Assembly (NCBI GenBank): GCA_041694995.1
Contig: JBGFRS010000049.1
Span: 38,001-102,000, forward strand
Direction of reading: 5' to 3'
From: Pseudomonadota bacterium
GTDB taxonomy: Bacteria; Pseudomonadota; Alphaproteobacteria; Rhizobiales; UBA4765
Length of the DNA: 64,000 nt
Both the position numbers and the translations under genes were made by a program. The notes below the pieces were generated by a model. That model did no database searches and had not been told where the DNA came from. It was given only the letters and a program-made list of their open reading frames with translations. Positions 1 through 11,636 of the stretch are shown here, piece after piece. Positions within the stretch are counted from its first letter, which is position 1. Every line of letters starts with the position of its first letter.

Positions 1-2501
<2,501 letters not shown>

Positions 2502-3038
2502 CGCCTTCAACCCCTCTCCAACGCCGGCTCCGGCGCCAGTCTCGATCGCGTTCGGCCCGGCCACCCGGCCGACAGCGCACCCGCGCGTCCTGCGGCGGGG
2601 CCGTCGCTCGAACGTACAGCGCTCCCTCGCATGCACGCGCCCTTAACGCAACACGTCGCTCCCGTCGAGAGTGCAATCGCGCCACGCTCGACAGCATAGC
2701 AACCTAGCACGCGCCCTGTTTCTTGGTCGCAACCCCGCAGCATTACAACCATGCGGCAATTCCGCGCGAAGTCGCTGTCGGCGGCTGCGACCACAGCCCC
2801 TTGGTACACTCATTCATCGGCCGACCCACGCCACTTCGCCGACGGGTCTCGTGCGGACGCCAGGCCCCTGGGAAGCATGGCAGCCAAGACGCTTCCAACC
2901 CGATCTCGCCCTCGCCCCCCGACGGTCACGAAGGGGTCCCAATCAGGCTTGACAGAAAGCCTGCGGCCGCCTGCTTGACAGGTGGCCGCGCGATGTTACC
3001 CCGCCTCTAGATGGACGCAGCGGATGGTGCGAATCAGC

Positions 3039-3761
3039 ATGACGACACGGATGCGGCGGCCTGAGGTTCGAGCGGTCGCGTTGGCCATTCTCCTTGCGGT
3101 CGCCTCAGGTGCCGCTTCAGCCCAGCAGGCCTCTGTGCCTCAACAGCCGCGCCCGGCTGCCCCCCAGGCGCAACCTCAGCGGCCGACCGCGCCGCTGCAA
3201 ACCCCGAGCCGCGACGCGCAGGTACGTGGCACGTTCGGCGCCTGGCAAATGCTCTGCGATCAGCTTCCCGGCGCGCAGAACGAAATGTGTGCCTTGTTTC
3301 AAACGGTCGAGGCGGCGGACCGACCGAACACGGGCCTTGCCGTCTTCGTCTTCCGCACGGCAGATCAACGTTCGAATGTGATGCGGGTCATTGCGCCGCT
3401 GGGCGTGCTGCTGACCGGCGGTCTGGGCCTTCGCATCGACGACCACAATATCGGATCGACCGATTTCGTGCGCTGCTGGCCGACCGGGTGCATCGCCGAA
3501 GCGCGGCTGGCTGACGATCTGCTCGCGCGCCTGCGCAACGGACGCAGTGCGACCTTCATTTTGTTCATGACGCCGGAAGAGGGTGTCGGAATTCCGGTGT
3601 CGCTTGAAGGGCTCTCGCCGGGGTTCGATGCGCTCATCGCCACCGCCGCGGCACAAGCGCCCGCCAGTCCCGGCCAATCGCAGGCACCGACGAATGCTGC
3701 GCCGCAGTCTCCGCCCGCGCCTGCCGCGCCGCAACCGCCGGCACAGCAGCCTCGACGCTGA
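3039..3761 (+). CDS. invasion-associated locus B (IalB)-like periplasmic protein with P/A/Q-rich tail
   Basis: Track ORF 2982-3761, start set at the Met that gives signal peptide MTTRMRRPEVRAVALAILLAVASGAASA. Paired-Cys pattern WQMLCD...MCALFQ and FVRCWPTGCIAEARL, plus VSLEGLSPGFDAL, as in the IalB family. Confidence 0.75.
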   Translation: MTTRMRRPEVRAVALAILLAVASGAASAQQASVPQQPRPAAPQAQPQRPTAPLQTPSRDAQVRGTFGAWQMLCDQLPGAQNEMCALFQTVEAADRPNTGLAVFVFRTADQRSNVMRVIAPLGVLLTGGLGLRIDDHNIGSTDFVRCWPTGCIAEARLADDLLARLRNGRSATFILFMTPEEGVGIPVSLEGLSPGFDALIATAAAQAPASPGQSQAPTNAAPQSPPAPAAPQPPAQQPRR

Positions 3762-3765
3762 CGAC

Positions 3766-4392
3766 ATGTTCACGCTCTACGGCCGCGACGGCTGGGGCTC
3801 CGTTCTCGTCGAGGCACAGCTTGCGCTGTACCGCCTACCCTTCCGTATCGAAACGGTCGGTGATCTCCTGCGTGCGCCAGAGTCGCGGCGAGCGCTCATC
3901 GCGCTCAACCCTATCGCGCAGATTCCAACCCTCGTTCTTCCCGACGGTCGGGTGATGACCGAAAGCGCGGCCATCACGCTCTATCTTGCCGAAGTCGCCA
4001 AGAGCGATCTGCTAGTGCCGCGGCCCGACGCCGGCGAACGTGCGTCGTTCCTGCGCTGGCTCGTTTTCCTGGTCGCGAACATCTATCCGACATTCACCTA
4101 TGCTGACGTGCCGACGCGCTTCGTACCAGATGCAGCGGCCGATCCGTTCGTTGCGGCCGTCGATCAGCACCGCAAGGCCCTCTGGGGCGCGGTCGAGGGC
4201 GCGGCGGACGAACCTTGGTTCCTCGGCGCCCGCTTCTCGGCCATCGATCTCTATCTCGGCACGATGACACGTTGGGAACCGGGACCGGCTTGGTTTGCGG
4301 CCGAGATGCCGCGCCTTGCCGCTATCGGCGCACGAGCGCGGGCTGACGACCGCGTCGCAGCGATCTTTTCGCGGCATTTCCCTGGTGACTGA
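3766..4392 (+). CDS. glutathione S-transferase family protein
   Basis: Internal ATG at 3766 of track ORF 3583-4392. N-terminal thioredoxin-like GST pattern IAQIPTLVLPDGRVMTESAAITLYLAE. Confidence 0.75.
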   Translation: MFTLYGRDGWGSVLVEAQLALYRLPFRIETVGDLLRAPESRRALIALNPIAQIPTLVLPDGRVMTESAAITLYLAEVAKSDLLVPRPDAGERASFLRWLVFLVANIYPTFTYADVPTRFVPDAAADPFVAAVDQHRKALWGAVEGAADEPWFLGARFSAIDLYLGTMTRWEPGPAWFAAEMPRLAAIGARARADDRVAAIFSRHFPGD

Positions 4393-4536
4393 CGGCGGCC
4401 AGTGGCCGAGGCCGTCAAAAGACGGTTAGACCCGCACGTCTGCCGGCGCAGCTCTCGAGACGCGCCTTGGTCCACCGTCGACGATGTCACTGCCCTGATT
4501 GGGAATAGTCGGGCGCCATCGAGTCGCGTAAGCGAA

Positions 4537-5358
4537 GTGCGGTTGCTGGAGACCCTCTTGGACAAAAATCACATCATCGCCGCCGCTCTCGGCATCATCG
4601 AGGGGCTTACGGAATTCCTCCCCGTTTCCTCGACCGGGCACCTGATCCTCTTCGTGGATCTGCTCGGCTTTCAGGCTCCACCCGGCCGCGCCTTCGAGAT
4701 CATGATCCAGCTCGGCGCGATCCTTGCGGTGATGCTGGTCTACTCGATCAAGATCTTCGACACTGTCCGCGGCCTGCCGAACGACCCGCTCGCGCGCCAT
4801 TTCGCGATTGCGATCCTCATCGCGTTCTTGCCGGCGATGGCCTTCGGCGCGCTCCTCTCCGAGTTCATCAAGACGGTGCTGTTCTCCCCGCGCGTTGTCG
4901 GATGGGCGCTCATCGTCGGTGGCGTCGTCATGCTCATCGTCGAGCAGAAGCGGCCGGTTCCAACCGTGCACCGCGTCGATGACATCGGCTGGGGCAAGGC
5001 GCTCGGCATCGGCCTCTTCCAATGCCTTGCGCTCATTCCTGGTGTGTCCCGTTCCGGCGCGACCATCGTCGGCGGCATGCTGTTCAAGGTCGACCGGCCG
5101 GCGGCAGCCGAGTTCTCCTTCTTCCTCGCCATGCCGACGATGCTCGGTGCCTTCGTGTGGTCCGCCTACAAGGCGCGGGCCGAGCTCTCTTTCGCCGACT
5201 TCAGCCTGATCGCGACCGGCTTCGTCGCGGCCTTTCTGGCGGGTCTGGTTGTCGTCAAACTGTTCCTCGCAATCGTGAGCCGCTACGGCTTCGCGCCCTT
5301 CGCCTACTATCGCATCCTGGTCGGCAGCTTCGTGCTCGGCCTCGTCATGATGCGATAG
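4537..5358 (+). CDS. uppP: undecaprenyl-diphosphate phosphatase
   Basis: Motifs GIIEGLTEFLPVSSTGHL and PGVSRSGATIVGG. Start is uncertain: GTG 4537 or TTG 4558 within track ORF 4402-5358. Confidence 0.88.
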   Translation: MRLLETLLDKNHIIAAALGIIEGLTEFLPVSSTGHLILFVDLLGFQAPPGRAFEIMIQLGAILAVMLVYSIKIFDTVRGLPNDPLARHFAIAILIAFLPAMAFGALLSEFIKTVLFSPRVVGWALIVGGVVMLIVEQKRPVPTVHRVDDIGWGKALGIGLFQCLALIPGVSRSGATIVGGMLFKVDRPAAAEFSFFLAMPTMLGAFVWSAYKARAELSFADFSLIATGFVAAFLAGLVVVKLFLAIVSRYGFAPFAYYRILVGSFVLGLVMMR

Positions 5359-5420
5359 GGCAGATCGCTCTTACGGAGACCCGCCGGGCGCCCTATGTTC
5401 CGCCCAACCCGGAGCGCCCC

Positions 5421-6857
5421 ATGGCCCAGACGACCGCCACCACAGCCCCTCGTTCCCTCATCGCCGAAGCCGGACTCGATCCGGACATCGTGCGCGAAAT
5501 CGTTGCCGAGAGCCTCGATGGCGCGGATGATGGCGAGCTTTTCGTCGAGTACCGGCAGTCGGAAGCGCTCATGTTCGACAACGGGCGCCTGAAGACCGCG
5601 AGCTTCGATACCTCGAAGGGCTTCGGGCTTCGCGCTGTGTCAGGCGAGATCGCCGGCTACGCGCACTCAACCGAGCTATCGCAGGCCGCGCTCATCCGTG
5701 CCGGCGAGGCAGTCGCCAATGTCGCGCACGGCCGCGGCGGCATCTTCGCCGCCGCGCCGCCGCGCACCAACGCGAAGTTCTATGGCGAGGAGAACCCGAT
5801 CGACACGCCCTCCTTCGCCGAGAAGGTCGCGCTCCTCGAGGAGATCGACGCCTACGCCCGCGCCAAGGACGCGCGAGTGCGCCAGGTGACGGCTGCGATC
5901 GCGGCCTCGTGGCAGGTGGTCGAGATCGTGCGGCCAGACGGTTGGATCGCGCGCGATGTGCGCCCGCTCGTGCGCGTCAACGTCGCGATCGTCGCGGGCG
6001 TCGATGGCCGGCAGGAGCAAGGTTCCCACGGCATGGGCGGACGCGAGGGCTATGCGGCCTTCATTGCCGGCGACAATTGGCGGCGCGCCGCCGACGAGGC
6101 GCTGCGGCAGGCTCTTGTCAATCTCGAGGCGGTGCCTGCCCCGGCAGGCGAGATGGACGTGGTGCTCGGACCCGGCTGGCCGGGGGTGATGCTGCACGAA
6201 GCCGTCGGGCACGGGCTCGAGGGCGATTTCAACCGCAAGAGGACTTCGGCTTTCGCCGGGCTGATGGGGCAGCGGGTCGCGGCCAAGGGCGTCACCGTCG
6301 TCGACGACGGCACGATTGCATCAAGACGGGGCTCGCTGTCGATCGACGACGAGGGCACGCCGACGAACCGCACGGTGTTGATCGAGGACGGCGTTCTCGT
6401 CGGCTACATGCAGGACCGGCAGAACGCGCGGCTGATGGGCGCGCGGCCGACCGGCAACGGCCGGCGTGAGAGCTTCGCGCACATCCCGATGCCGCGCATG
6501 ACCAACACCTACATGCTCGCCGGCCCCTATGCGCCCGAAGAGGTCGTGGCGTCGGTGAAGCGCGGCCTCTACGCCAAGTCCTTCGGCGGCGGTCAGGTCG
6601 ATATCACGTCGGGCAAGTACGTCTTCCAATGCACCGAGGCCTACCTGATCGAAGACGGCAAGCGCACACAGGCGGTCAAGGGCGCGATGCTCATCGGGGA
6701 CGGTCCGAACGATCTCAAGCGCGTGACCATGGTCGGCAATGACCTCGACCTCGACCCCGGCATCGGCACCTGCGGCAAGAACGGGCAGGGCGTGCCGGTC
6801 GGTGTCGGCCAGCCGACGCTCAAGATGGAGCGCATCACCGTCGGGGGGACGGGATGA
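5421..6857 (+). CDS. tldD: metalloprotease TldD
   Basis: ATG 5421 inside track ORF 5022-6857. Contains GELFVEYRQSEALMFDNGRLK and the HEAVGHGLEGDFNRK zinc-binding motif. Confidence 0.92.
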   Translation: MAQTTATTAPRSLIAEAGLDPDIVREIVAESLDGADDGELFVEYRQSEALMFDNGRLKTASFDTSKGFGLRAVSGEIAGYAHSTELSQAALIRAGEAVANVAHGRGGIFAAAPPRTNAKFYGEENPIDTPSFAEKVALLEEIDAYARAKDARVRQVTAAIAASWQVVEIVRPDGWIARDVRPLVRVNVAIVAGVDGRQEQGSHGMGGREGYAAFIAGDNWRRAADEALRQALVNLEAVPAPAGEMDVVLGPGWPGVMLHEAVGHGLEGDFNRKRTSAFAGLMGQRVAAKGVTVVDDGTIASRRGSLSIDDEGTPTNRTVLIEDGVLVGYMQDRQNARLMGARPTGNGRRESFAHIPMPRMTNTYMLAGPYAPEEVVASVKRGLYAKSFGGGQVDITSGKYVFQCTEAYLIEDGKRTQAVKGAMLIGDGPNDLKRVTMVGNDLDLDPGIGTCGKNGQGVPVGVGQPTLKMERITVGGTG

Positions 6858-7116
6858 GCCGCGCCATCACCGGTGCGTGGAAACCGCTGTTGCGAACCGC
6901 ACTCGACCTCGTCGTGGAGGCGGATGCAAACGGCTGGGAAGGGCGCCGTTTACCTGGGGAGGCGGAACCGTCCTTATGCTGCGCTTTCACCATCGGATCA
7001 GCCGCGATATCGACTTCATCGCGGCAGCGCCCGTCCGGCGCGATCACAGCGCTGGCCTCTTTGATTTCGAGGGCACGTCGGTACCGGCGGACAGTACGGC
7101 CGAAATCTTAGGATAG
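6854..7116 (+). pseudogene. frameshifted, truncated remnant of a nucleotidyltransferase AbiEii/DUF1814-type toxin gene
   Basis: ATG 6854 overlaps the tldD stop (ATGA). That frame reads MSRAITGAWKPLLRTALDLVVEADANGW, then the family-like core FTWGGGTVLMLRFHHRISRDIDF continues in another frame (track ORF 6739-7116). It stops after about 87 codons. Confidence 0.45.
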
Positions 7117-7255
7117 CCGCTGCACGTGAACGATCAGAGAAAGTGACCGCAAGAAGTCGACGCGCTCCCACAAGTCTCTTCGCATGATGTGCCGGGCGCG
7201 TTAGGCAACGCAACCCCATGCCGCGCCGGCCCGGGAAACCACCTCGGGAGTCATC

Positions 7256-8419
7256 TTGCCCCCCGCCGTCCTTGCCCTCGCCGCTGCCAGCTTTGCCATC
7301 GGCACGCAGGCCTTCGCCTTCGTCGGTCTTCTCGCTGAAATGGCCACCGATCTCCACACGAGCATCGGCACTGCGGGGAAGCTGATCGCGATCTATGCCC
7401 TTCTCTTCGCGGTCGCAGCGCCGTTGATCGCGACGCGAACGCTGACCCGCGAACGACGCGGCATGATTGTTGTCGGGCTCCTGCTGGTCACCCTCGCCAA
7501 TCTCGCCTCCGCGGCCGCACCCAACTTCTGGACTCTGAGTGCCCTGCGAATCGTGGCGGCCCTCGGCGCCGCCACCGTCATGCCCCTCGCTTCAACCGCG
7601 GCGGCCGCTTTGGCCCCGCCGGAGATGCGCGGGCGCGCACTTGCCCTCGTCGTCAGCGGCATCACCCTTGCGTTCCTCGCCGGCATTCCGATCGGAGCGG
7701 CGATCGGCGGTGCATTCGGCTGGCGCGCGATCTTCATATTCACGACGGCGCTCGCCGGAGCGGCAGCGCTGGTCGTGCGCCTCGCCGTGCCGCCAGTTCC
7801 ACCACCCCCAGGGACGAGCGGCAATCTCCGTACGCTTGTAATGGTCATGAGCGATCGGCGCGTGGCTCCGGTCGTGGCCACCACCGCCGTCTCTTTCGCG
7901 GCGATCTTCAACATCAATGCCTTCATTGGCCCGATCACGACGGCCCTGACGGGCGCCACGGGCGCAGGTGTCGGGTTCTTCCAGGCCTTTATCGGCGTCG
8001 GCGCCCTCGTTGGCGTACCGATCGGTGGCTATCTCGCGGACCGCGCGAAACGGTCACCCGCCCCGATCCTTCTCTTTGTCGTCATCGCGGCCACCCTCTC
8101 CGCATATTCGCTCCTCCTCATCCATGCGACCGGCGCCTTGCCCTGGCCCGTGCTCGCCGCCCTCGTCTTCACTGCTGCGGCGGCGCTGTTCTCGCTCGTC
8201 CCGACCATTCAAGCCCGCCTCCTCGGTGTGGTCGGGCCGCTGGCGCCGGTCGCGCTCGCGCTCAACGGCTCGGCGTTGTCGCTGGGGCAGGGCCTCGGCG
8301 CGACCGTCGGCGGCTTTGTCATCGACGAGGTCGGTCTTTGGGCCGTCGGGTTCGCCGGTGCGATCATCGCCGTGGCGGGGGCATTTCTCGCGGCGAGCTG
8401 GGCGACAGCCCGCGATTAG
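7256..8419 (+). CDS. MFS transporter
   Basis: 387-aa multi-TM ORF with a TTG start 5 nt after GGGAG. N-terminal pattern FAIGTQAFAFVGLLAEMATDLHTSIGTAGKLIAIYAL is typical of sugar-efflux-type MFS proteins. Confidence 0.8.
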   Translation: MPPAVLALAAASFAIGTQAFAFVGLLAEMATDLHTSIGTAGKLIAIYALLFAVAAPLIATRTLTRERRGMIVVGLLLVTLANLASAAAPNFWTLSALRIVAALGAATVMPLASTAAAALAPPEMRGRALALVVSGITLAFLAGIPIGAAIGGAFGWRAIFIFTTALAGAAALVVRLAVPPVPPPPGTSGNLRTLVMVMSDRRVAPVVATTAVSFAAIFNINAFIGPITTALTGATGAGVGFFQAFIGVGALVGVPIGGYLADRAKRSPAPILLFVVIAATLSAYSLLLIHATGALPWPVLAALVFTAAAALFSLVPTIQARLLGVVGPLAPVALALNGSALSLGQGLGATVGGFVIDEVGLWAVGFAGAIIAVAGAFLAASWATARD

Positions 8420-8523
8420 CACTGAAACGGGACAGCTGGTCACACTTCGTTCATTCTTTCATGTGTAACGATCCATCCCACGGGTTTGCGCGTAGGTCCC
8501 ACCAGATAGTAAGGACCCCGCCG

Positions 8524-8742
8524 ATGAGCGCCCCCATTCTGGCCTTCGTGCCGCACGACAAGATCGATCGCGCGGTGACCGTTCTTGACATTGCCCTTGG
8601 TCGCGGGCTCGCTTTCGAGCGCGCGCTCTACTTCGCCGTCGAGAGCCTCGGTGAGGAACCGAGGTCCGTTCCTTCCCATGTCTGGCGCCTCATCGAGGCC
8701 AGTTGGAAGCGGCGAACCCAACGTCTTGCCGCGATCGGCTGA
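8524..8742 (+). CDS. hypothetical protein (72 aa)
   Basis: ATG 8524 within track ORF 8338-8742. Strong G/C third-position bias. I recognise no motif. Confidence 0.45.
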   Translation: MSAPILAFVPHDKIDRAVTVLDIALGRGLAFERALYFAVESLGEEPRSVPSHVWRLIEASWKRRTQRLAAIG

Positions 8743-8790
8743 TCCGCGTTCGCGCGGCTCGACAGGCTGCGCGGAAGCCGTCATGTCAGA

Positions 8791-8973
8791 TTGATGCTCT
8801 TCTCCCTCTCTCACGCTGCTGAGGCCAGCAGTCCCGCGCATGCTGCCGGTCCGGATTTTCTGACGCTCGCGCTCGTTTTTCTCGCCGCCGCCGTGATCGC
8901 CGTGCCACTGGCAAACCGGGCGAAGCTCGGTTCGATCGTCGGCTATCTCGTCGACGGCGGCGCGGGGCTATGA
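8791..8973 (+). pseudogene. N-terminal stub of a KefB/KefC-type (CPA2) cation:proton antiporter
   Basis: The 60-aa ORF FLTLALVFLAAAVIAVPLANRAKLGSIVGYLVDG matches the first TM helix of KefB/C (L..A..VP.A.R..LGS..GYL..G). It then diverges and stops 4 nt inside the MATE start. Confidence 0.5.
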
Positions 8974-10358
8974 GCGCGCCCGCGATGCCCGGGAGTTCGA
9001 CCGCACCCGATCCTGCCGATGCGCCGATCGCACCCGAGGTCGGCAAATTCACGCAAGGCTCAACGCTGCGGCATGTGCTGGTGATGACCACAACGGGGTC
9101 GATCGGCCTCGTTGCGATCTTCTTCGTCGATGTTCTCAACCTCTTCTACATCTCGCTCCTCGGGGAACAGGAACTCGCGGCAGCGGTCGGCTACGCTGGG
9201 ACGGTCCTGTTCTTTCTCACCTCCGTCGGCATCGGCCTCACCATCGGTATCAGTGCCCTCGTGTCGCAGGCACTCGGCGCGCAGGATCGATCGCGGGCGC
9301 GGCGCCTCGCCGGTTCCGGACTCGCCTTCATGTTCACGACGATGCTGGTGCTGACCGTTCTTGCCCTCGTCACGACGCGCGACCTCCTCACCCTTCTCGG
9401 AGCGAGCGGGCGCACGCACGAACTCGCCACCCGTTTCCTCTTCATCGCACTGCCCGCAACACCTCTCCTCGGGCTCGGCATGGCCTTCGGCGGCATCTTG
9501 CGCGCGGTCGGCGACGCACAACGCGCGATGTGGGTTACACTCGCCGGCGGGATCGCGGCGGCCGTCTCCGACCCCCTCCTCATCTTCGGCCTCGGGCTCG
9601 GTCTGGATGGGGCGGCCCTCTCGACCGTGATTTCACGGATCGTCTTCGTGATCGTCGGCATTCACGGGGCGATCCGCGTGCACGACCTCGTCGCGCGGCC
9701 CGATGGGAGCATCGGAGGCGACCTGCTCGCACTTGGCGCGATTGCCGGGCCTGCCGTAGTGACCAATGTCGCAACGCCGGTTGCCAATGGCTATGTGACC
9801 GCCGCTCTGGCGGGTTTCGGCGACGGCGCCGTTGCCGCGTGGGCCGTGATCGGGCGCATCATCCCGGTCGCCTTCGGGGCCATCTTTGCGCTTTCAGGAA
9901 CGGTCGGACCGATCCTTGGCCAGAACCAAGGGGCGAAACGCTTCGATCGCGTCAAGCAAGCGCTCACCGATGCGCTTGCCCTCACGGTCATCTACGCCTT
10001 GGTGGTGTGGGCGCTCCTGTTTCTGGCGCAAGACTTCATCGTGCGCATCTTTGCGGCGTCCGGTGAAGCCGCCGCTCTGATCCGTTTCTACTGCACCTGG
10101 GTCGCAGGCACGTTCCTGTTCATGGGGGCGCTGTTCGTGGCGAACGCGGCTTTCAACACCTTGGGGAGTCCGCTGCTTGCGACCGCCTTCAACTGGGGGC
10201 GAGCAACGCTCGGGACCATTCCGTTCGCCATCGTCGGGGGGCAGATCGGCGGTGCGGCTGGTGTTCTGCTCGGCCAGGGACTGGGCGGGGTCGTGTTCGG
10301 AATGGGCGCCGCAATGGCGGCTTATGCCGTCGTCGGGCGACTGGCACGGCGGGGATGA
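8970..10358 (+). CDS. MATE family efflux transporter
   Basis: 462-aa ORF with 12 predicted TM segments. N-terminal pattern LRHVLVMTTTGSIGLVAIFFVDVLNLFYISLLGEQELAAVGYA. Confidence 0.82.
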   Translation: MSAPAMPGSSTAPDPADAPIAPEVGKFTQGSTLRHVLVMTTTGSIGLVAIFFVDVLNLFYISLLGEQELAAAVGYAGTVLFFLTSVGIGLTIGISALVSQALGAQDRSRARRLAGSGLAFMFTTMLVLTVLALVTTRDLLTLLGASGRTHELATRFLFIALPATPLLGLGMAFGGILRAVGDAQRAMWVTLAGGIAAAVSDPLLIFGLGLGLDGAALSTVISRIVFVIVGIHGAIRVHDLVARPDGSIGGDLLALGAIAGPAVVTNVATPVANGYVTAALAGFGDGAVAAWAVIGRIIPVAFGAIFALSGTVGPILGQNQGAKRFDRVKQALTDALALTVIYALVVWALLFLAQDFIVRIFAASGEAAALIRFYCTWVAGTFLFMGALFVANAAFNTLGSPLLATAFNWGRATLGTIPFAIVGGQIGGAAGVLLGQGLGGVVFGMGAAMAAYAVVGRLARRG

Positions 10359-10397
10359 CTCAGCGCCCTTGCACAGCCGCGACGGGACGCGCAGTCT

Positions 10398-11018
10398 TTG
10401 CCCATGACGAAATTCCCTGAGCTGATGCGCGCGGCGGGTCTCGGGAGCGCCTTCGATGGCCTCGCCCGCGAGCACGGCCTGAGCGCGCAGGTAGCGGAAG
10501 CCACGGTCGCCGCGCTCATGCCGGCCTTTGCGCTCGGACTTCAGCATGCCCTGCGCGCGCCGGGCGGAGCAAAGGAAGTGCTGGCGCTGGTTGCCGGCAA
10601 ACCCTTCGCAGATGCTTACGACAATGCCACGGCCGCGCTGCCGCCGGAGGTGCGCGCCACGTCGAACGAAGTGCTTGCAACCGTCATCGGGTCGGAGCGC
10701 GTGCAGAAGGCGGTTGCCGCCCAAGCGGCCGCGCAGGCGGGCGTCGCCGAAGCAGTCGCAGCCGAGCTGATGCCGGCGATCGCGGCCGCGCTCGCCGACG
10801 GTCTCATCCGCGAACAGGGCAGGGCGCTGGACGCGTGGGCGAAGTTGTGGAGCACGGCGTTGCCGAGCGAAAGCGCCACCGCGACGTCACCCCCGCCTGA
10901 GGAACCACACAGCGCCATCGAAGCGATGTTCGCCCTCGGTCACAGCGTGCAAACGGCGCAGATCGAGGCCTATCGCCGCCTGTTCGAGGCCGCATGGGGG
11001 ACGAAACGCGAGCCCTGA
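10398..11018 (+). CDS. DUF937-like protein
   Basis: 206-aa Ala-rich ORF with two repeats of the pattern GLS...VAEA..ALMPA. Assignment is from memory of the family. Confidence 0.5.
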   Translation: MPMTKFPELMRAAGLGSAFDGLAREHGLSAQVAEATVAALMPAFALGLQHALRAPGGAKEVLALVAGKPFADAYDNATAALPPEVRATSNEVLATVIGSERVQKAVAAQAAAQAGVAEAVAAELMPAIAAALADGLIREQGRALDAWAKLWSTALPSESATATSPPPEEPHSAIEAMFALGHSVQTAQIEAYRRLFEAAWGTKREP

Positions 11019-11023
11019 GCGCG

Positions 11024-11329
11024 TCAGCGCCAGACTTTGCGCGCTTGGCGAACGGCAGCCATGTGCGCTGCCCGTCGCTCGCGCACAAGGCGCGCGAGAT
11101 GCATGGTCGGATCCTCGCGCAGAGGCGTTTCCATGGCCCAGAGCACGTCGGCGCGCGAGAGCCCGATGTCACGCAGCTGATGCGCGTCGAGGGCCGCGAG
11201 TTCGGCAACCGCGCGGCGGTGCGCCCAAGCCTCCCGAACGCGATTCAGCGTTCGCACGAAGCCATCCACGACGCGCACGACGCGCGTCGCCAAGGCGAAC
11301 GAGGTCGAGATCGTGTGGGCGGGGCGCAT
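11024..11329 (-). CDS. DUF1127 domain protein
   Basis: C-terminal core LAALDAHQLRDIGLSRADV. Start placed at the Met preceded by GAGGAGG-cccgcc-ATG; the track ORF extends to 11386. Confidence 0.7.
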   Translation of the reverse strand: MRPAHTISTSFALATRVVRVVDGFVRTLNRVREAWAHRRAVAELAALDAHQLRDIGLSRADVLWAMETPLREDPTMHLARLVRERRAAHMAAVRQARKVWR

Positions 11330-11595
11330 GGCGGGCCTCCTCATCATCGGCACAGCGGGATCAGGATTGATCGCAGCCGCCCTCATCTGTTACCTGCCGC
11401 ATTCACATCAATCCAACGAATGTTTATGATATTGAACACAACAGAAGATGATGCAATGATGCGTGTCGAGGGGCTGAGCTCTCCATTGGCACATGCCTTT
11501 CAGCGCCGCTGGGGGTGTTTGTCATCGTGCAGAAGGGCGCGTACATCGTGCATGTGGCGGTCATCCTTCATAGTGATGGAATGAGTTTTCAAATC

Positions 11596-11620
11596 GCTGC
11601 GCCGGTGATCAAAGCGCAGC
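11596..11620. promoter_or_regulatory. candidate LysR-type dyad GCTGCGC-N11-GCGCAGC
   Basis: 7-bp inverted arms with an 11-nt spacer, 17 nt upstream of the lysR-family start. Confidence 0.25.
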
Positions 11621-11636
11621 CACCAGGGAGATACGC

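Noticed and set aside
11420-11584. 54-codon ORF MFMILNTTEDDAMM... in the AT-rich DUF1127/lysR spacer.
   Set aside because: Its codon usage is unlike the rest of the window (A/T-ending codons) and it has no SD. It is more likely non-coding promoter DNA.
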